A stretch of 64,000 bases of DNA from the NCBI GenBank assembly GCA_965222375.1, contig CBDCTZ010000015.1:1408001-1472000 (forward strand), read 5' to 3'. The position numbers and the translations under genes are program-made. This stretch comes from Polyangiaceae bacterium. Its GTDB lineage: Bacteria; Myxococcota_A; Polyangia; Polyangiales; Polyangiaceae. Every line of letters starts with the position of its first letter. Positions within the stretch are counted from its first letter, which is position 1. Under the pieces are notes generated by a model. It saw only the letters and a program-made list of their open reading frames with translations. It searched no databases and was not told the origin of the DNA. Below are positions 28,550-37,997 of the stretch, piece after piece.

Positions 28550-29682
28550 TCAGTCCGTGCGTCCTCAGAGCCACGCTGGGCGCAAAGGCGTAGCCAATGG
28601 TCCGCGAGCACGATTGCGACCATTGCCTCCGCGATGGGTACGAAGCGCGGCAGTAGGCAGGGGTCATGGCGACCCTTGGTGCGAATCGTGGTGGCCTCGC
28701 CACGGCGGTCCACGGTGGCCTGCTCGCGAGGCAAGCTGCTAGTTGGTTTGACCGCGGCACGAAGGATGATCGGTGTTCCACTCGAAATGCCCCCGAGCAT
28801 GCCGCCGTGGTCGTTCTTGGAGGTCGTGATGTGGGGGTCGTGGGCTGCCCCGTCGGAAACGAAGGGATCGTTATGCTCGCTTCCTCGCTTGGTCGCGGCT
28901 GCGAAGCCCGACCCGTATTCGACCCCAACGACGCCAGGCAGACTGAACAGCGCCTTGGCCAACTCGGCTTTGAGCTTGTCAAAGACGGGTTCGCCCAACC
29001 CGGGAGGCACATAGGCAGCGACGATTTCCGCCACGCCACCGATGGAGTCTTGGTCTTTGCGCACGTCCTCGATGAGCCGCACCATCTGTTCCGCCGCGCC
29101 CGGGTCCGGGCACCGCACCAGGTTGGGCTCACCCGACGGCAGCTTCTCGACGGCCTCCGTTGTGACCGACGCAGGATCTGGAACCTGGGCAACGACGCTC
29201 CCAACCTGTTTCACGAACCCCACCACTCGACCGCCAAAGGCCTCGGCGATCAGCTTCTTTGCGACCGCGCCAGCAGCAACGCGCGCAACGGTTTCGCGAG
29301 CACTGGCTCGGCCACCGCCGCGGTAGTCTCGAAAGCCATACTTCTTGTCGTAGGTGAAGTCCGCGTGGCCGGGTCGGTACTTCTCTTTGATCTCGTCGTA
29401 GTCCCGGCTCTTTTGATCTTGGTTGCGAATCAAGATGGCCAGGCTGGTGCCGGTGGTGCGCCCCTCGAACACGCCGGATATGATTTCTGCTTCATCTGCT
29501 TCGTTGCGCTGTGTCACGAGGTGGCTCTGCCCCGGGCGTCGGCGCGCCAAATCGACCCGCAGATCCTCAGCACAAAGCGGCAAACCAGGGGGACACCCAT
29601 CGATGATCACGACGTTGGCGGGACCATGTGACTCGCCCGCGGTCGTGATGACGAACGCCTGTCCGAAGCTATTGCCGGCCAT
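28546..29682 (-). CDS. aroC: Chorismate synthase
   Basis: GESHG, RRRPGQS, RPGHAD, GGGRASARET, GGMLGGIS, KPTSS, GRHDPC. Confidence 0.97.
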   Translation of the reverse strand: MAGNSFGQAFVITTAGESHGPANVVIIDGCPPGLPLCAEDLRVDLARRRPGQSHLVTQRNEADEAEIISGVFEGRTTGTSLAILIRNQDQKSRDYDEIKEKYRPGHADFTYDKKYGFRDYRGGGRASARETVARVAAGAVAKKLIAEAFGGRVVGFVKQVGSVVAQVPDPASVTTEAVEKLPSGEPNLVRCPDPGAAEQMVRLIEDVRKDQDSIGGVAEIVAAYVPPGLGEPVFDKLKAELAKALFSLPGVVGVEYGSGFAAATKRGSEHNDPFVSDGAAHDPHITTSKNDHGGMLGGISSGTPIILRAAVKPTSSLPREQATVDRRGEATTIRTKGRHDPCLLPRFVPIAEAMVAIVLADHWLRLCAQRGSEDARTD

Positions 29683-29774
29683 GCGCCGAGATATTACACC
29701 TCCCGCGGCGCCTGCCCGTTTGCGGCGGTGCTTTTCAACCGTTTCGAGACCATTTGCCGCGCGAGAACACCACC

Positions 29775-30938
29775 ATGACCACAGCCGCCCTGACCCAGCT
29801 CACCGACGAAGAACGCATGTTCCGGGACTCCGTGCTCTCGTTCGCTCGCGAACAGGTCGCACCCAAGGTCGCTGCCATGGACCACGAGGGTGCGTTGGAC
29901 AAGTCCCTGCTACCCAAGCTCTTCGAGCTCGGAGTCATGGGCATCGAGGTCCCGGGGGAGTGGGGTGGCGCCGAGAGTTCGTTCTTCAACGCCATCCAAG
30001 CGGTAGAGGCATTTGCGGTCGTGGACCCGAGCATCAGCGTACTGGTCGACGTTCAGAATACTCTGGTCAACAACTGCATTCTGCGCTGGGCCAACAAGGA
30101 GCAGAAGGATCGCTACTTCCCGAAGATGACGAGCGAGTGGGTGGGCTCCTACGCCCTCAGTGAGAGCGGTTCCGGATCCGACGCCTTCGCCTTGGCCACC
30201 CGGGCCGAGAAGAAGGGTGACAAGTGGGTCCTCAACGGCCGCAAGCTGTGGATCACGAACGGCGGCGAGAGCTCCCTCTTCATCGTGTTCGCCAATGTGG
30301 CGCCGGACAAGGGCTACAAAGGCATCACCGCCTTCCTGGTCGAAAAGGACTTCAAGGGCTTCACCGTCGGCAAGAAGGAAGACAAGCTGGGCATTCGCGC
30401 TTCGAGCACGACAGAGTTGGTACTCGAGGACTGCGAAGTCCCGGAAGCAAACGTGCTCGGCGAAGTGGGCAAGGGCTACAAGATCGCCATCGAAACCCTG
30501 AACGAAGGTCGCATCGGCATCGGCGCCCAGATGATCGGCCTATGTCAGGGTGCATTCGACTACGCCATGGGCTACATGGCCGAGCGCAAGCAGTTCGGAA
30601 AGCCCATCATCGGTTTCCAGGGCCTCGAGTTCCAGTACGCACAGGTTGCCACGGAAATGGAGGCAGCCCGGCTCATGGTCTACAACGCCGCGCGCCTCAA
30701 GGATGCCGGCGTGCCGTTCGTGAAAGAAGCGGCCATGGCAAAGCTATTCGCTTCGCAGGTCGCAGAGCGGTGTGCGTCCCTGTGCGTGGAGTTTGTGGGC
30801 GGTGTGGGCTTCACCAAGGAGTACCCCTTGGAGAAGTTCTTCCGCGACGCCAAGATCGGCAAGATCTACGAAGGCACGAGCAACATGCAGCTGGCCACCA
30901 TTGGCAAACTGCTGCGCACCGAGTACGCGGCAACCTGA
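29775..30938 (+). CDS. Acyl-CoA dehydrogenase (short/branched-chain type)
   Basis: ALSESGSGSD, LNGRKLWITNG, KLGIRASST, GRIGIGAQ, IYEGTSNMQ. Confidence 0.95.
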   Translation: MTTAALTQLTDEERMFRDSVLSFAREQVAPKVAAMDHEGALDKSLLPKLFELGVMGIEVPGEWGGAESSFFNAIQAVEAFAVVDPSISVLVDVQNTLVNNCILRWANKEQKDRYFPKMTSEWVGSYALSESGSGSDAFALATRAEKKGDKWVLNGRKLWITNGGESSLFIVFANVAPDKGYKGITAFLVEKDFKGFTVGKKEDKLGIRASSTTELVLEDCEVPEANVLGEVGKGYKIAIETLNEGRIGIGAQMIGLCQGAFDYAMGYMAERKQFGKPIIGFQGLEFQYAQVATEMEAARLMVYNAARLKDAGVPFVKEAAMAKLFASQVAERCASLCVEFVGGVGFTKEYPLEKFFRDAKIGKIYEGTSNMQLATIGKLLRTEYAAT

Positions 30939-31148
30939 TCGACCCAACCCGACCCGGGTCTGGCTCAGGGACCTCGGGCGGCGTGCCTCGGCTTCGGGCT
31001 TGCACCTGCAGGTGTTGCTCCCGGGACTGCCGGGCGTCCCTTTGGGCGTCGGATTTCAGGGGATCCTGAGATTCCACTCAAGGTTTCAGTGCCATTTTGT
31101 GCTGTTCTGTGGAGCGCAGAAGGGGCACACCGCATTGGAGCACGACCC

Positions 31149-32123
31149 ATGAGACTCACGACGACCGCTGTTTTCGCAAGTTGCTTCGCCTTGAACATCG
31201 GCTGCCAGTTCGGCGAGCGCGTCGAGCACGACGTCGAGCATGGCTATGCCGACAAGAGGGTCATGGCCACAGATCCCGAAGGCGAACACGTGTTGACTTC
31301 GGACGTGGACGCGAAGCTGTTTCGAATCTTCAAACGCGACGGCACGCAGGTGGGCAGCCTGCCTTGGGCCTCCGCGGGCTACACCGGCGGGGACGAGTCG
31401 GCTCGCGGGCCTTTCAACGGGGCAGCCACAGGTTATGGCCTCGCGGGTTTCTTCGTTGCCGGTGGCGATAGCAAGGTGCATTGGATCTTCCCCTTCCTAC
31501 AAGGCACCTGGGGTACGGTGGTGTGGGACGAGGTGCCAGACAACGCGCAGACCGAGGGGCGCGTCAAAGTCTGCGACATGACGTCGGGCCCGGACGGTTC
31601 TTGGTACGTGCTGGCAGGGGAGCGCACCGGATTGCTCGATTCTTGGGCGCGCGGGGCCGCCTGGATCTACAAGCGAGCGCCCGACGGAGTTTGGAGCAGC
31701 GCCCAGCTGGCCCTGCACACGGTCTACACGTCCGCGCTCTGCGGGCGCGTCGCTTTCGACGTGCTGTCTCGCCGCCTGCTCTTTGGCGACATGTATCGGG
31801 AACGAGTGCGCAAATTCGACGAGAACTTGAACGAGGTTGGCTCCTTTCCTCTGCCGTCAGCCCGAGGACTCATCGATATGGATGCCCTCTCCGGCTACAC
31901 CTACGTCGCCGCATGCGCCGGGGCGTTCTGCGGAACACCACGCTTGAGGATCTACAATGGCGACGGTCTGCAATTGGACTCGAGGTCCGTCAGCGAAGTA
32001 CATGCCATCGCGGTGGAACGGCCACCTTTACCTATTGGCGCCGATCAGGAAGCATGGCTATGGACCGTGAGCGGTGTCGGAGATGGCGCACCCTTGGTCA
32101 AGTACAAACTCGAAACGGAGTGA
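31149..32123 (+). CDS. Hypothetical lipoprotein, probable beta-propeller
   Basis: MRLTTTAVFASCFALNIGC; beta-rich repeats (GPDGSWYV); RBS GGAG. Confidence 0.7.
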   Translation: MRLTTTAVFASCFALNIGCQFGERVEHDVEHGYADKRVMATDPEGEHVLTSDVDAKLFRIFKRDGTQVGSLPWASAGYTGGDESARGPFNGAATGYGLAGFFVAGGDSKVHWIFPFLQGTWGTVVWDEVPDNAQTEGRVKVCDMTSGPDGSWYVLAGERTGLLDSWARGAAWIYKRAPDGVWSSAQLALHTVYTSALCGRVAFDVLSRRLLFGDMYRERVRKFDENLNEVGSFPLPSARGLIDMDALSGYTYVAACAGAFCGTPRLRIYNGDGLQLDSRSVSEVHAIAVERPPLPIGADQEAWLWTVSGVGDGAPLVKYKLETE

Positions 32124-32124
32124 G

Positions 32125-32733
32125 ATGGGTCGACAACGCACAAGGCTGGCGACACTGCCAAAAGTGGGGACCCTAGCCATGCTCTTGTTGCTGGGCGCCG
32201 TCACCGCAACTTGTCAGCGTTCGACAGCACCGACCTCGGGTTCTGAAAAGCCGAGCGCGACTCAAGCTGCCCAAGCCCCTGCACCCCCAGCTGCCCCCGC
32301 CCAAAAGAAGGGCCAGGCGCCACTGGTCGCCGCACAGGAGACAGAGGTTGCCACGCCGGAGGCCGAGCGGGGGGGCTCTGGGCAGGAAGCCCGAGTCAAG
32401 AAGCAGCTGGAGCAGATATTCGAGTGGGTCAAAGCCGACGACTGCGCCCGCCTCGCCAATCACGTGGTCTATCGGGGCAAGGACCAGGCGCGCCGCTGGA
32501 AGGATACGAGTCGCTACGACGTCGCCGAGGAGCGCGGGGTGGTAGACGGGGTTTGCCGCCGAATTGCGGGCTACGCCAGGAAGGGCTACCCCGTGTATGT
32601 GGGCTTCAAGACGAAGCGCGAATCCGAAGGGCAGTGGCTGGTGCTCAGCGCCCGGTTCGAGCCCGAGGGGAAGGAACGCCACTTCGCGTTCCTGGAGATC
32701 TCCGGGCGCCTGGCGATCGGAGACATCGACTGA
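32125..32733 (+). CDS. Hypothetical exported protein or lipoprotein
   Basis: Hydrophobic MLLLLGAVTATC, Pro/Ala linker, globular C-terminus. Confidence 0.7.
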   Translation: MGRQRTRLATLPKVGTLAMLLLLGAVTATCQRSTAPTSGSEKPSATQAAQAPAPPAAPAQKKGQAPLVAAQETEVATPEAERGGSGQEARVKKQLEQIFEWVKADDCARLANHVVYRGKDQARRWKDTSRYDVAEERGVVDGVCRRIAGYARKGYPVYVGFKTKRESEGQWLVLSARFEPEGKERHFAFLEISGRLAIGDID

Positions 32734-32837
32734 TGGGTGCTAGCGAGAAGGCGCGCAGTGGGTCAACCCCCCAGAAGGCACGGGTCATCCGCGGAAAATG
32801 GCATTTCGCGCCGTGACCATGCGATGCTTGCGGGCCC

Positions 32838-33590
32838 ATGTCGGAACCGGGCAGCTCGGGACCTTCCCAGGACGCACTCGACATCGTCGTCGTGGATGAC
32901 GACGCACGCTGGCGCGAAACCGCAGCGCAACCATTTCGACAGCGTGGAGATCGCGTAAGAACCTTCACCGACGGACTGCAAGCGTTGGCGGAGTGCATCG
33001 AGGACCCGCCCGACGTCATTCTCTCGGACGTACAGATGCCGCGCATGGACGGTTGGCAGCTCCTCCGTATGGTGCGGGCTCGACCCGCCCTGGCGAGAAC
33101 TCCCGTCGTGTTCCTCACGTCGCTGGATGGCGACGCAGAGCGACTCAAAGGCTACCAACTCGGCGTGGATGCCTACGTACCGAAACCCTTCCGTCCCGAA
33201 GAGCTATTGCTGCGCGTGCGTCGTCTGGTTCGTCAGGCGGTCGTCCCAGCATGGACCGAGGGGCAGCAAATCCTGCGCGGCGACCTACAGCATGTCGCCC
33301 CGGCAGCGCTGTTTTCGTTCCTGGCCGTAGAAAACAAGAGTGGACACTTGCTCATGGTTGGCGACAAGGTTGCGCGGGTCTTTTTTCAAGAGGGCCGACC
33401 CGTCCGTGCCGAAATGGAAGGCTCCCGCGACGAACGCACATCTCGAGGAGTCCTGCTGGATCTGCTCGACTGGCGCGAAGGCGAATTCGAACTCACGGAG
33501 CAACCGGTGAAGCAGCTCGACGAGGTGCGCGCATCCGTCAACGAATTGGTCTTGGAGCACGCGAAGCTCGTCGACGAGGGTCGCCGCTAG
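32838..33590 (+). CDS. Response regulator: REC plus DUF4388-like domain
   Basis: VVDDD, SDVQMPRMDG, KPF; C-terminus LRGDL...KSGHL...FFQEG...LLDWREGEFE. Confidence 0.88.
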   Translation: MSEPGSSGPSQDALDIVVVDDDARWRETAAQPFRQRGDRVRTFTDGLQALAECIEDPPDVILSDVQMPRMDGWQLLRMVRARPALARTPVVFLTSLDGDAERLKGYQLGVDAYVPKPFRPEELLLRVRRLVRQAVVPAWTEGQQILRGDLQHVAPAALFSFLAVENKSGHLLMVGDKVARVFFQEGRPVRAEMEGSRDERTSRGVLLDLLDWREGEFELTEQPVKQLDEVRASVNELVLEHAKLVDEGRR

Positions 33591-33598
33591 CTCCGCGC

Positions 33599-35425
33599 CT
33601 ACAGCGCCACCAAATCCGCGCTGCGCACCAGGATCTTGCCGGAGGTCGCGGGCACACTGACGCGCAATCCCCCGTCTTGCTCCACGGTCAAGGGGGGATC
33701 GCTCGGGTTCAGCACGTCAACAAGCTGGGTCCCAGCGGGCAAAGAGGTCTTCATAGGGTCGCCGTTGAATTCGGGCGAGCTGGTCTTTTTCGCGTTGGTG
33801 TTGACCACGACCAGAGCGTAATCGTTGCCCGCGTCGCCACCGGTGCGCTCAAAGGCGATGATGCCCACGTCCGCTTCATCCGCGGTCCGCTCGCTCGACC
33901 AGACGATCCTTAAATCTCCATGGGTCAGTGCCCGGTAGCTCTTACGGATCTTGGCTAGGCGGGCAATCCACTTATAGTGGCGATGACTGCGATCGTATCC
34001 GCTCGACCATAGGTCTTCACGATTCGCAGGATCGTTGCCACCAGAAAATCCCTGCTCGGTGCCGTAGTAGATGCACGGGATGCCATCTTCTGCAAACAGG
34101 AAGAGCAGCGCGTTGTCCAGGGCAGCAGGATCAGGCCGATTGAAAAGGAATCGCGACACGTCGTGATTGTCCAGGAAGTTCACGAGCGCCTTGTTCGGCG
34201 GGATCCCGATTCCACCTTCGTGAGGCACCGCGCCGTAGTTGCCACCGGGGCCGAGACGTTGCGAGAACAAGGTCTCGATGCGCTTTGTATCCATTCCCTG
34301 CTGAAACACGTCACGAAAGACCGTGAAGTGCTGCGGAAAGTAGAAGACGGAGTCCACCTCTTGATTGAAAGTGTAGGAGCCGACCAAGTCGTCTCGCCCA
34401 TCAAAGGCCTCCCCGAACATGAAAAAGTTGGTCTTGCCTTGGGCGGCGAGGCGCTGGCGGATGGCCGGGGCGAAGGTCTGCCAAAAGCCGTGCTCCACAT
34501 GCTTTAGGGTGTCGATTCGGAAGCCATCGAAGTCCGCAACCTCCACCCAGCGAGCGAAAATGTCGATCAGCGTGCCGCGCACGTCCGGATCCTGAGTGTT
34601 GATGTCCTTTAGGCCTCCCGGAAAGTCCCCGAGCTCCACCTGTTCGTCCTGGTCGAAGCTCCATACTCGACCGCGGCGGTTGTAGGCGCGAGGCTCGAGG
34701 AAGATATCCGGCTGAGGCGGCACGTGGTTGGACGCAGCGTCATAGGGGAAGATAATCGGCGCTGGACCCGCTTCACCCAGGCTGGTCCACGCCTGCACGC
34801 CCCGGGGATCGTAGTCCGGGTCGTACTCGTTCACATGGGCAACGGGGCTGGTGGGTGAACCGTCGGGTTGTTTGGGCGCAATCAGCGGCCCGGCGCCTTC
34901 CACGCGTTCGTCGGGCTGCCCATTGAGATTGATGTCGTAGTAGAAGAGCTGCCCCACGTGATTTACGACAATGTCGAGAATCACTTTCATGTTGCGGTCA
35001 TGGGCAGCGTCCACCATGCGGCGCAGGCTGGCCAAGTCGCCGAAGTGCGGGTTGAGCTGGGTGAAGTCCTGAGTCCAGTAGCCATGGTAGCCGTCGACTC
35101 CGGCGTCGGTTTCCACGTTCTTTACGAGAGGCGAAATCCAGATCGTGGTCACGCCGAGCTGGGTCAGGTAGTCCAGCTTGTCCTCGACACCTCGCCAGTC
35201 ACCGCCGTGGTAACGCGCAGGCGCATTGCTTTGGATGCGATAATCGTTGGCCAGATCCCCGTTCGCAAAGCGGTCCACGAGCAGCTGGTAGATCACTTCG
35301 TCGCGCCAGTCTTGGACATGGGTGCGAATGGGACGCTCCCCTTCGAGCCCTTCGAAGTCCATGCACCCCGTGCAGGCCACCGAAAGCGCGACACATAGGG
35401 CCGTCGCAAGAGGGTCGATGCGCAT
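33599..35425 (-). CDS. GH13 alpha-amylase family lipoprotein
   Basis: Conserved regions DIVVNH, DGFRIDTLKH, GEAF, FLDNHD; YHGYW; signal ending in Cys. Confidence 0.93.
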   Translation of the reverse strand: MRIDPLATALCVALSVACTGCMDFEGLEGERPIRTHVQDWRDEVIYQLLVDRFANGDLANDYRIQSNAPARYHGGDWRGVEDKLDYLTQLGVTTIWISPLVKNVETDAGVDGYHGYWTQDFTQLNPHFGDLASLRRMVDAAHDRNMKVILDIVVNHVGQLFYYDINLNGQPDERVEGAGPLIAPKQPDGSPTSPVAHVNEYDPDYDPRGVQAWTSLGEAGPAPIIFPYDAASNHVPPQPDIFLEPRAYNRRGRVWSFDQDEQVELGDFPGGLKDINTQDPDVRGTLIDIFARWVEVADFDGFRIDTLKHVEHGFWQTFAPAIRQRLAAQGKTNFFMFGEAFDGRDDLVGSYTFNQEVDSVFYFPQHFTVFRDVFQQGMDTKRIETLFSQRLGPGGNYGAVPHEGGIGIPPNKALVNFLDNHDVSRFLFNRPDPAALDNALLFLFAEDGIPCIYYGTEQGFSGGNDPANREDLWSSGYDRSHRHYKWIARLAKIRKSYRALTHGDLRIVWSSERTADEADVGIIAFERTGGDAGNDYALVVVNTNAKKTSSPEFNGDPMKTSLPAGTQLVDVLNPSDPPLTVEQDGGLRVSVPATSGKILVRSADLVAL

Positions 35426-35464
35426 GCCCCGAAGCCTGGCAAAAAGCCGCGCTGCTGGGAAGGG

Positions 35465-36475
35465 TCAGCCCCCGAAGTTCTGGACCCAGTAGTGCTTATA
35501 GCCCTTGCTGCCGAGGTAATACCCCACGCCAAGGTCCTTGTACTTGCCGTTCATGATGTTCTTGCAGTGGCCGGGGCTCTTCATCCAGCCGCTCATCACC
35601 GAAGCCGGGGAGCTCTGCCCGGCTGCGATGTTCTCCCCCATGGTTTTCCCGCTATAGCCAGCGTCCTTCATGCGTTGGAAGGGGCTCTTGCCGTTCTGGC
35701 TGGTGTGGCTGAAGTAGCCGTTATCGCCCATGTCCTTGGCGTGGAGGCGCGAGCTATGGGTCAGAATCTGGTGCCGCGCGATCGGACTCGTTGGTGGATA
35801 AGATGTGCCGCCGCAGCTGGCACCCTTTGATCTCTCCAGGTTCACGAGCGCGAGCACTTCGCACTCGAAGTTCTGCCAGCTGGAGCTCCAACCGGTTCCG
35901 TCATCACCGCAGCCGCCGCTCACAGCGCCGCTACCACCGCCACCACCGGGTGCGCCTCCGCCACCAGGACTGCCACCGCCGCCGGGCGCGCCACCAGAAG
36001 CCGAACCGCCGGAGCCGCCACCGCAAACGCTCGCGTAGTCGGAACAGCAGTCCTTGAACTGCGCACACTTCTCATCGCAATGACACTGACCTTCAACCGG
36101 AGCCGCGCTGCCGCATTTGCCAACACAACTCGGTCCCGCGCTCGCTCCCCCAGAGCCCGACGCGGCGCCCGTACCTGAACTGCCACCACTCGACGGCGTG
36201 CCTCCCGAGCCACTGGCGTTGCCGGAGCCTCCCCCTGAGCCGCCCCGAGAACCGGAGCCACCTGCGCCGGGTTCACAAACGGCGAAACATTGGTTCACAT
36301 CGTCCGTCGTGCACAGGCAAAACTCGATGCACGTCTGTGGGTCCCCGCAGAAGTCGGGTTTCTCCCCGGACGGAGTGGAACTGATGTCACCGGAGCAAGC
36401 GACGAGCGTCAGTAGGAATCCGCCTATGCCGGCGATGCGCGAGATACGGCGAGAGAGTGGACCACAGATGATCAT
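35465..36475 (-). CDS. Lipoprotein: 6-Cys domain, Gly linker, somatomedin-B-like domain, CAP/SCP domain
   Basis: Lipobox LVAC; SMB-type Cys spacing; CAP motifs LVNLER, HAKDM, FSH, GENIAAG, WMKSPGHC, YWVQNFG; RBS GGAGG. Confidence 0.88.
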   Translation of the reverse strand: MIICGPLSRRISRIAGIGGFLLTLVACSGDISSTPSGEKPDFCGDPQTCIEFCLCTTDDVNQCFAVCEPGAGGSGSRGGSGGGSGNASGSGGTPSSGGSSGTGAASGSGGASAGPSCVGKCGSAAPVEGQCHCDEKCAQFKDCCSDYASVCGGGSGGSASGGAPGGGGSPGGGGAPGGGGGSGAVSGGCGDDGTGWSSSWQNFECEVLALVNLERSKGASCGGTSYPPTSPIARHQILTHSSRLHAKDMGDNGYFSHTSQNGKSPFQRMKDAGYSGKTMGENIAAGQSSPASVMSGWMKSPGHCKNIMNGKYKDLGVGYYLGSKGYKHYWVQNFGG

Positions 36476-36519
36476 TTTTGCCTCCATGCGAACGTTCCCG
36501 TCCGCCCGAGGCGACGTGT

Positions 36520-36535
36520 TGCAGGGCACATGCCA
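36520..36535 (-). promoter_or_regulatory. Putative sigma54 -24/-12 promoter of the CAP-SMB gene
   Basis: Minus strand TGGCATGTGCCCTGCA (GG-N10-GC). Confidence 0.7.
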
Positions 36536-36680
36536 TGCGCACTTGCGCCTACATCACCGGTCAGCCCGATTTCTGCTGGTCGGGTGCGGCATACACCGCG
36601 GTGCAATGGAGCAGTCCATCCCAAACTCGCGTTCTTTGCGCCCAACCGAGGGCACGGGACTTTTTTGCTATGGTGGCTGC

Positions 36681-37994
36681 ATGAGCGATTCCACGGTGCG
36701 AGCGCAGGCCGCCGGCATGCCGGTGCGCACGATCCAGCTTGCCGTCGAAGGAACGGATCAGCAGGTCACGGTCTCCGATGGCGAGCGATTGTCCATCGGC
36801 AGCGCGAGCGGCAACGACCTGGTCATCGAACACGCGACCGTCAGCCGATACCACTTGACCCTGTCCCGCGACGCAGCGGCGGTCATCGTCACTGATCTCG
36901 GTTCCACCAACGGCACCACGGTGGGCCCGGTTACGTTGCACGATAGTGTCGCATCGTTGACCCTCCCAGCAGCCCTGAAGTTGGGGGACGTTTCCGTGCG
37001 GCTCTCCGACGGCGACGTGGTCATGCAGAAGCTGCACGACGAAGAGTCCCTCGGTGGCCTTCGCGGCAAATCGCCACCCATGCGCCGACTCATGGCCGAC
37101 ATTCGCAAGCTGTCAGCAAGCGAAGTTTCGGCGCTACTGATTGGCGAGTCCGGAACAGGCAAAGAACTGATCGCCCGGGCCATCCACGACAATTCCGCGC
37201 GCGAAGACAAGCCCTTCGTGGTCGTGGACTGTGCCGCCATTCCGCCCACGGTCTTTGCAGCCGAACTATTCGGCCACGAGCGCGGCGCATTCACTGGCGC
37301 CGATCGTCGTCGAGCCGGCGCGTTGGAGCGCGCCCATGGCGGCACGATCTTCCTCGACGAGTTGGGCGAACTGCCGCCATCGCTTCAGGCATCGCTCTTG
37401 GGCGCGCTCGAACGCCGGCGCTTCACCCGCCTGGGCGGCAGTGACGAAGTTCCCGTGGACGTGCGTATCGTTTCCGCGACGAATCGCGATCTGCGCAAGG
37501 ACGTCAACTCCGGTTCTTTTCGCCTCGATCTATTCTACCGCCTGGGCGTCGTCGTGCTGGAGGTCCCGCCGCTTCGCAAGCGCACCGAGGATATTCCTCT
37601 GCTCGTGGAGCATTTTGCTGCCGAGGCGGGCGCCGAAGACGACGCCAAGGAGCTCTTCAGCGAGGAAGTCGTCAAGCAACTGACCACCTACCCATGGCCG
37701 GGAAACGTGCGGGAGCTTCGCAACCTAGTTGCGAGCACCCTAGCCATGGGTCGACAGCCGAGCCTGGAGAGCGTCTCCATGGTTGCGCCCAACGCCAGCG
37801 ACGACGACGTCATCGAATCCGTCTTGCACCTCAGCTATCGAGAGGCGCGCGGCGCGCTCCTGGAACAGTTCGAGCGCCGCTACCTAGAGAACCTGCTGCA
37901 ACGCAGCGAGGGCAACGTGCGCAAGGCAGCGCGGGTGGGGCAGATGAACCGCTCGTATCTGATCGAGCTGCTCAAACGCCACGAAATTCGCTGA
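36681..37994 (+). CDS. FHA-domain sigma54-dependent enhancer-binding protein
   Basis: FHA (VSRYH, DLGSTNGT), GESGTGKE, GAFTGA, FLDELGE, WPGNVREL, Fis-type HTH. Confidence 0.93.
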   Translation: MSDSTVRAQAAGMPVRTIQLAVEGTDQQVTVSDGERLSIGSASGNDLVIEHATVSRYHLTLSRDAAAVIVTDLGSTNGTTVGPVTLHDSVASLTLPAALKLGDVSVRLSDGDVVMQKLHDEESLGGLRGKSPPMRRLMADIRKLSASEVSALLIGESGTGKELIARAIHDNSAREDKPFVVVDCAAIPPTVFAAELFGHERGAFTGADRRRAGALERAHGGTIFLDELGELPPSLQASLLGALERRRFTRLGGSDEVPVDVRIVSATNRDLRKDVNSGSFRLDLFYRLGVVVLEVPPLRKRTEDIPLLVEHFAAEAGAEDDAKELFSEEVVKQLTTYPWPGNVRELRNLVASTLAMGRQPSLESVSMVAPNASDDDVIESVLHLSYREARGALLEQFERRYLENLLQRSEGNVRKAARVGQMNRSYLIELLKRHEIR

Positions 37995-37997
37995 GTG

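Noticed and set aside
30811..31077. Short minus-strand ORF after the acyl-CoA dehydrogenase
   Set aside because: Overlaps that gene in antisense and has no recognisable motif.
36117..36680. N-terminal extension of the sigma54 activator ORF
   Set aside because: Antisense to the CAP-SMB gene and its promoter; ATG 36681 fits the FHA domain start.
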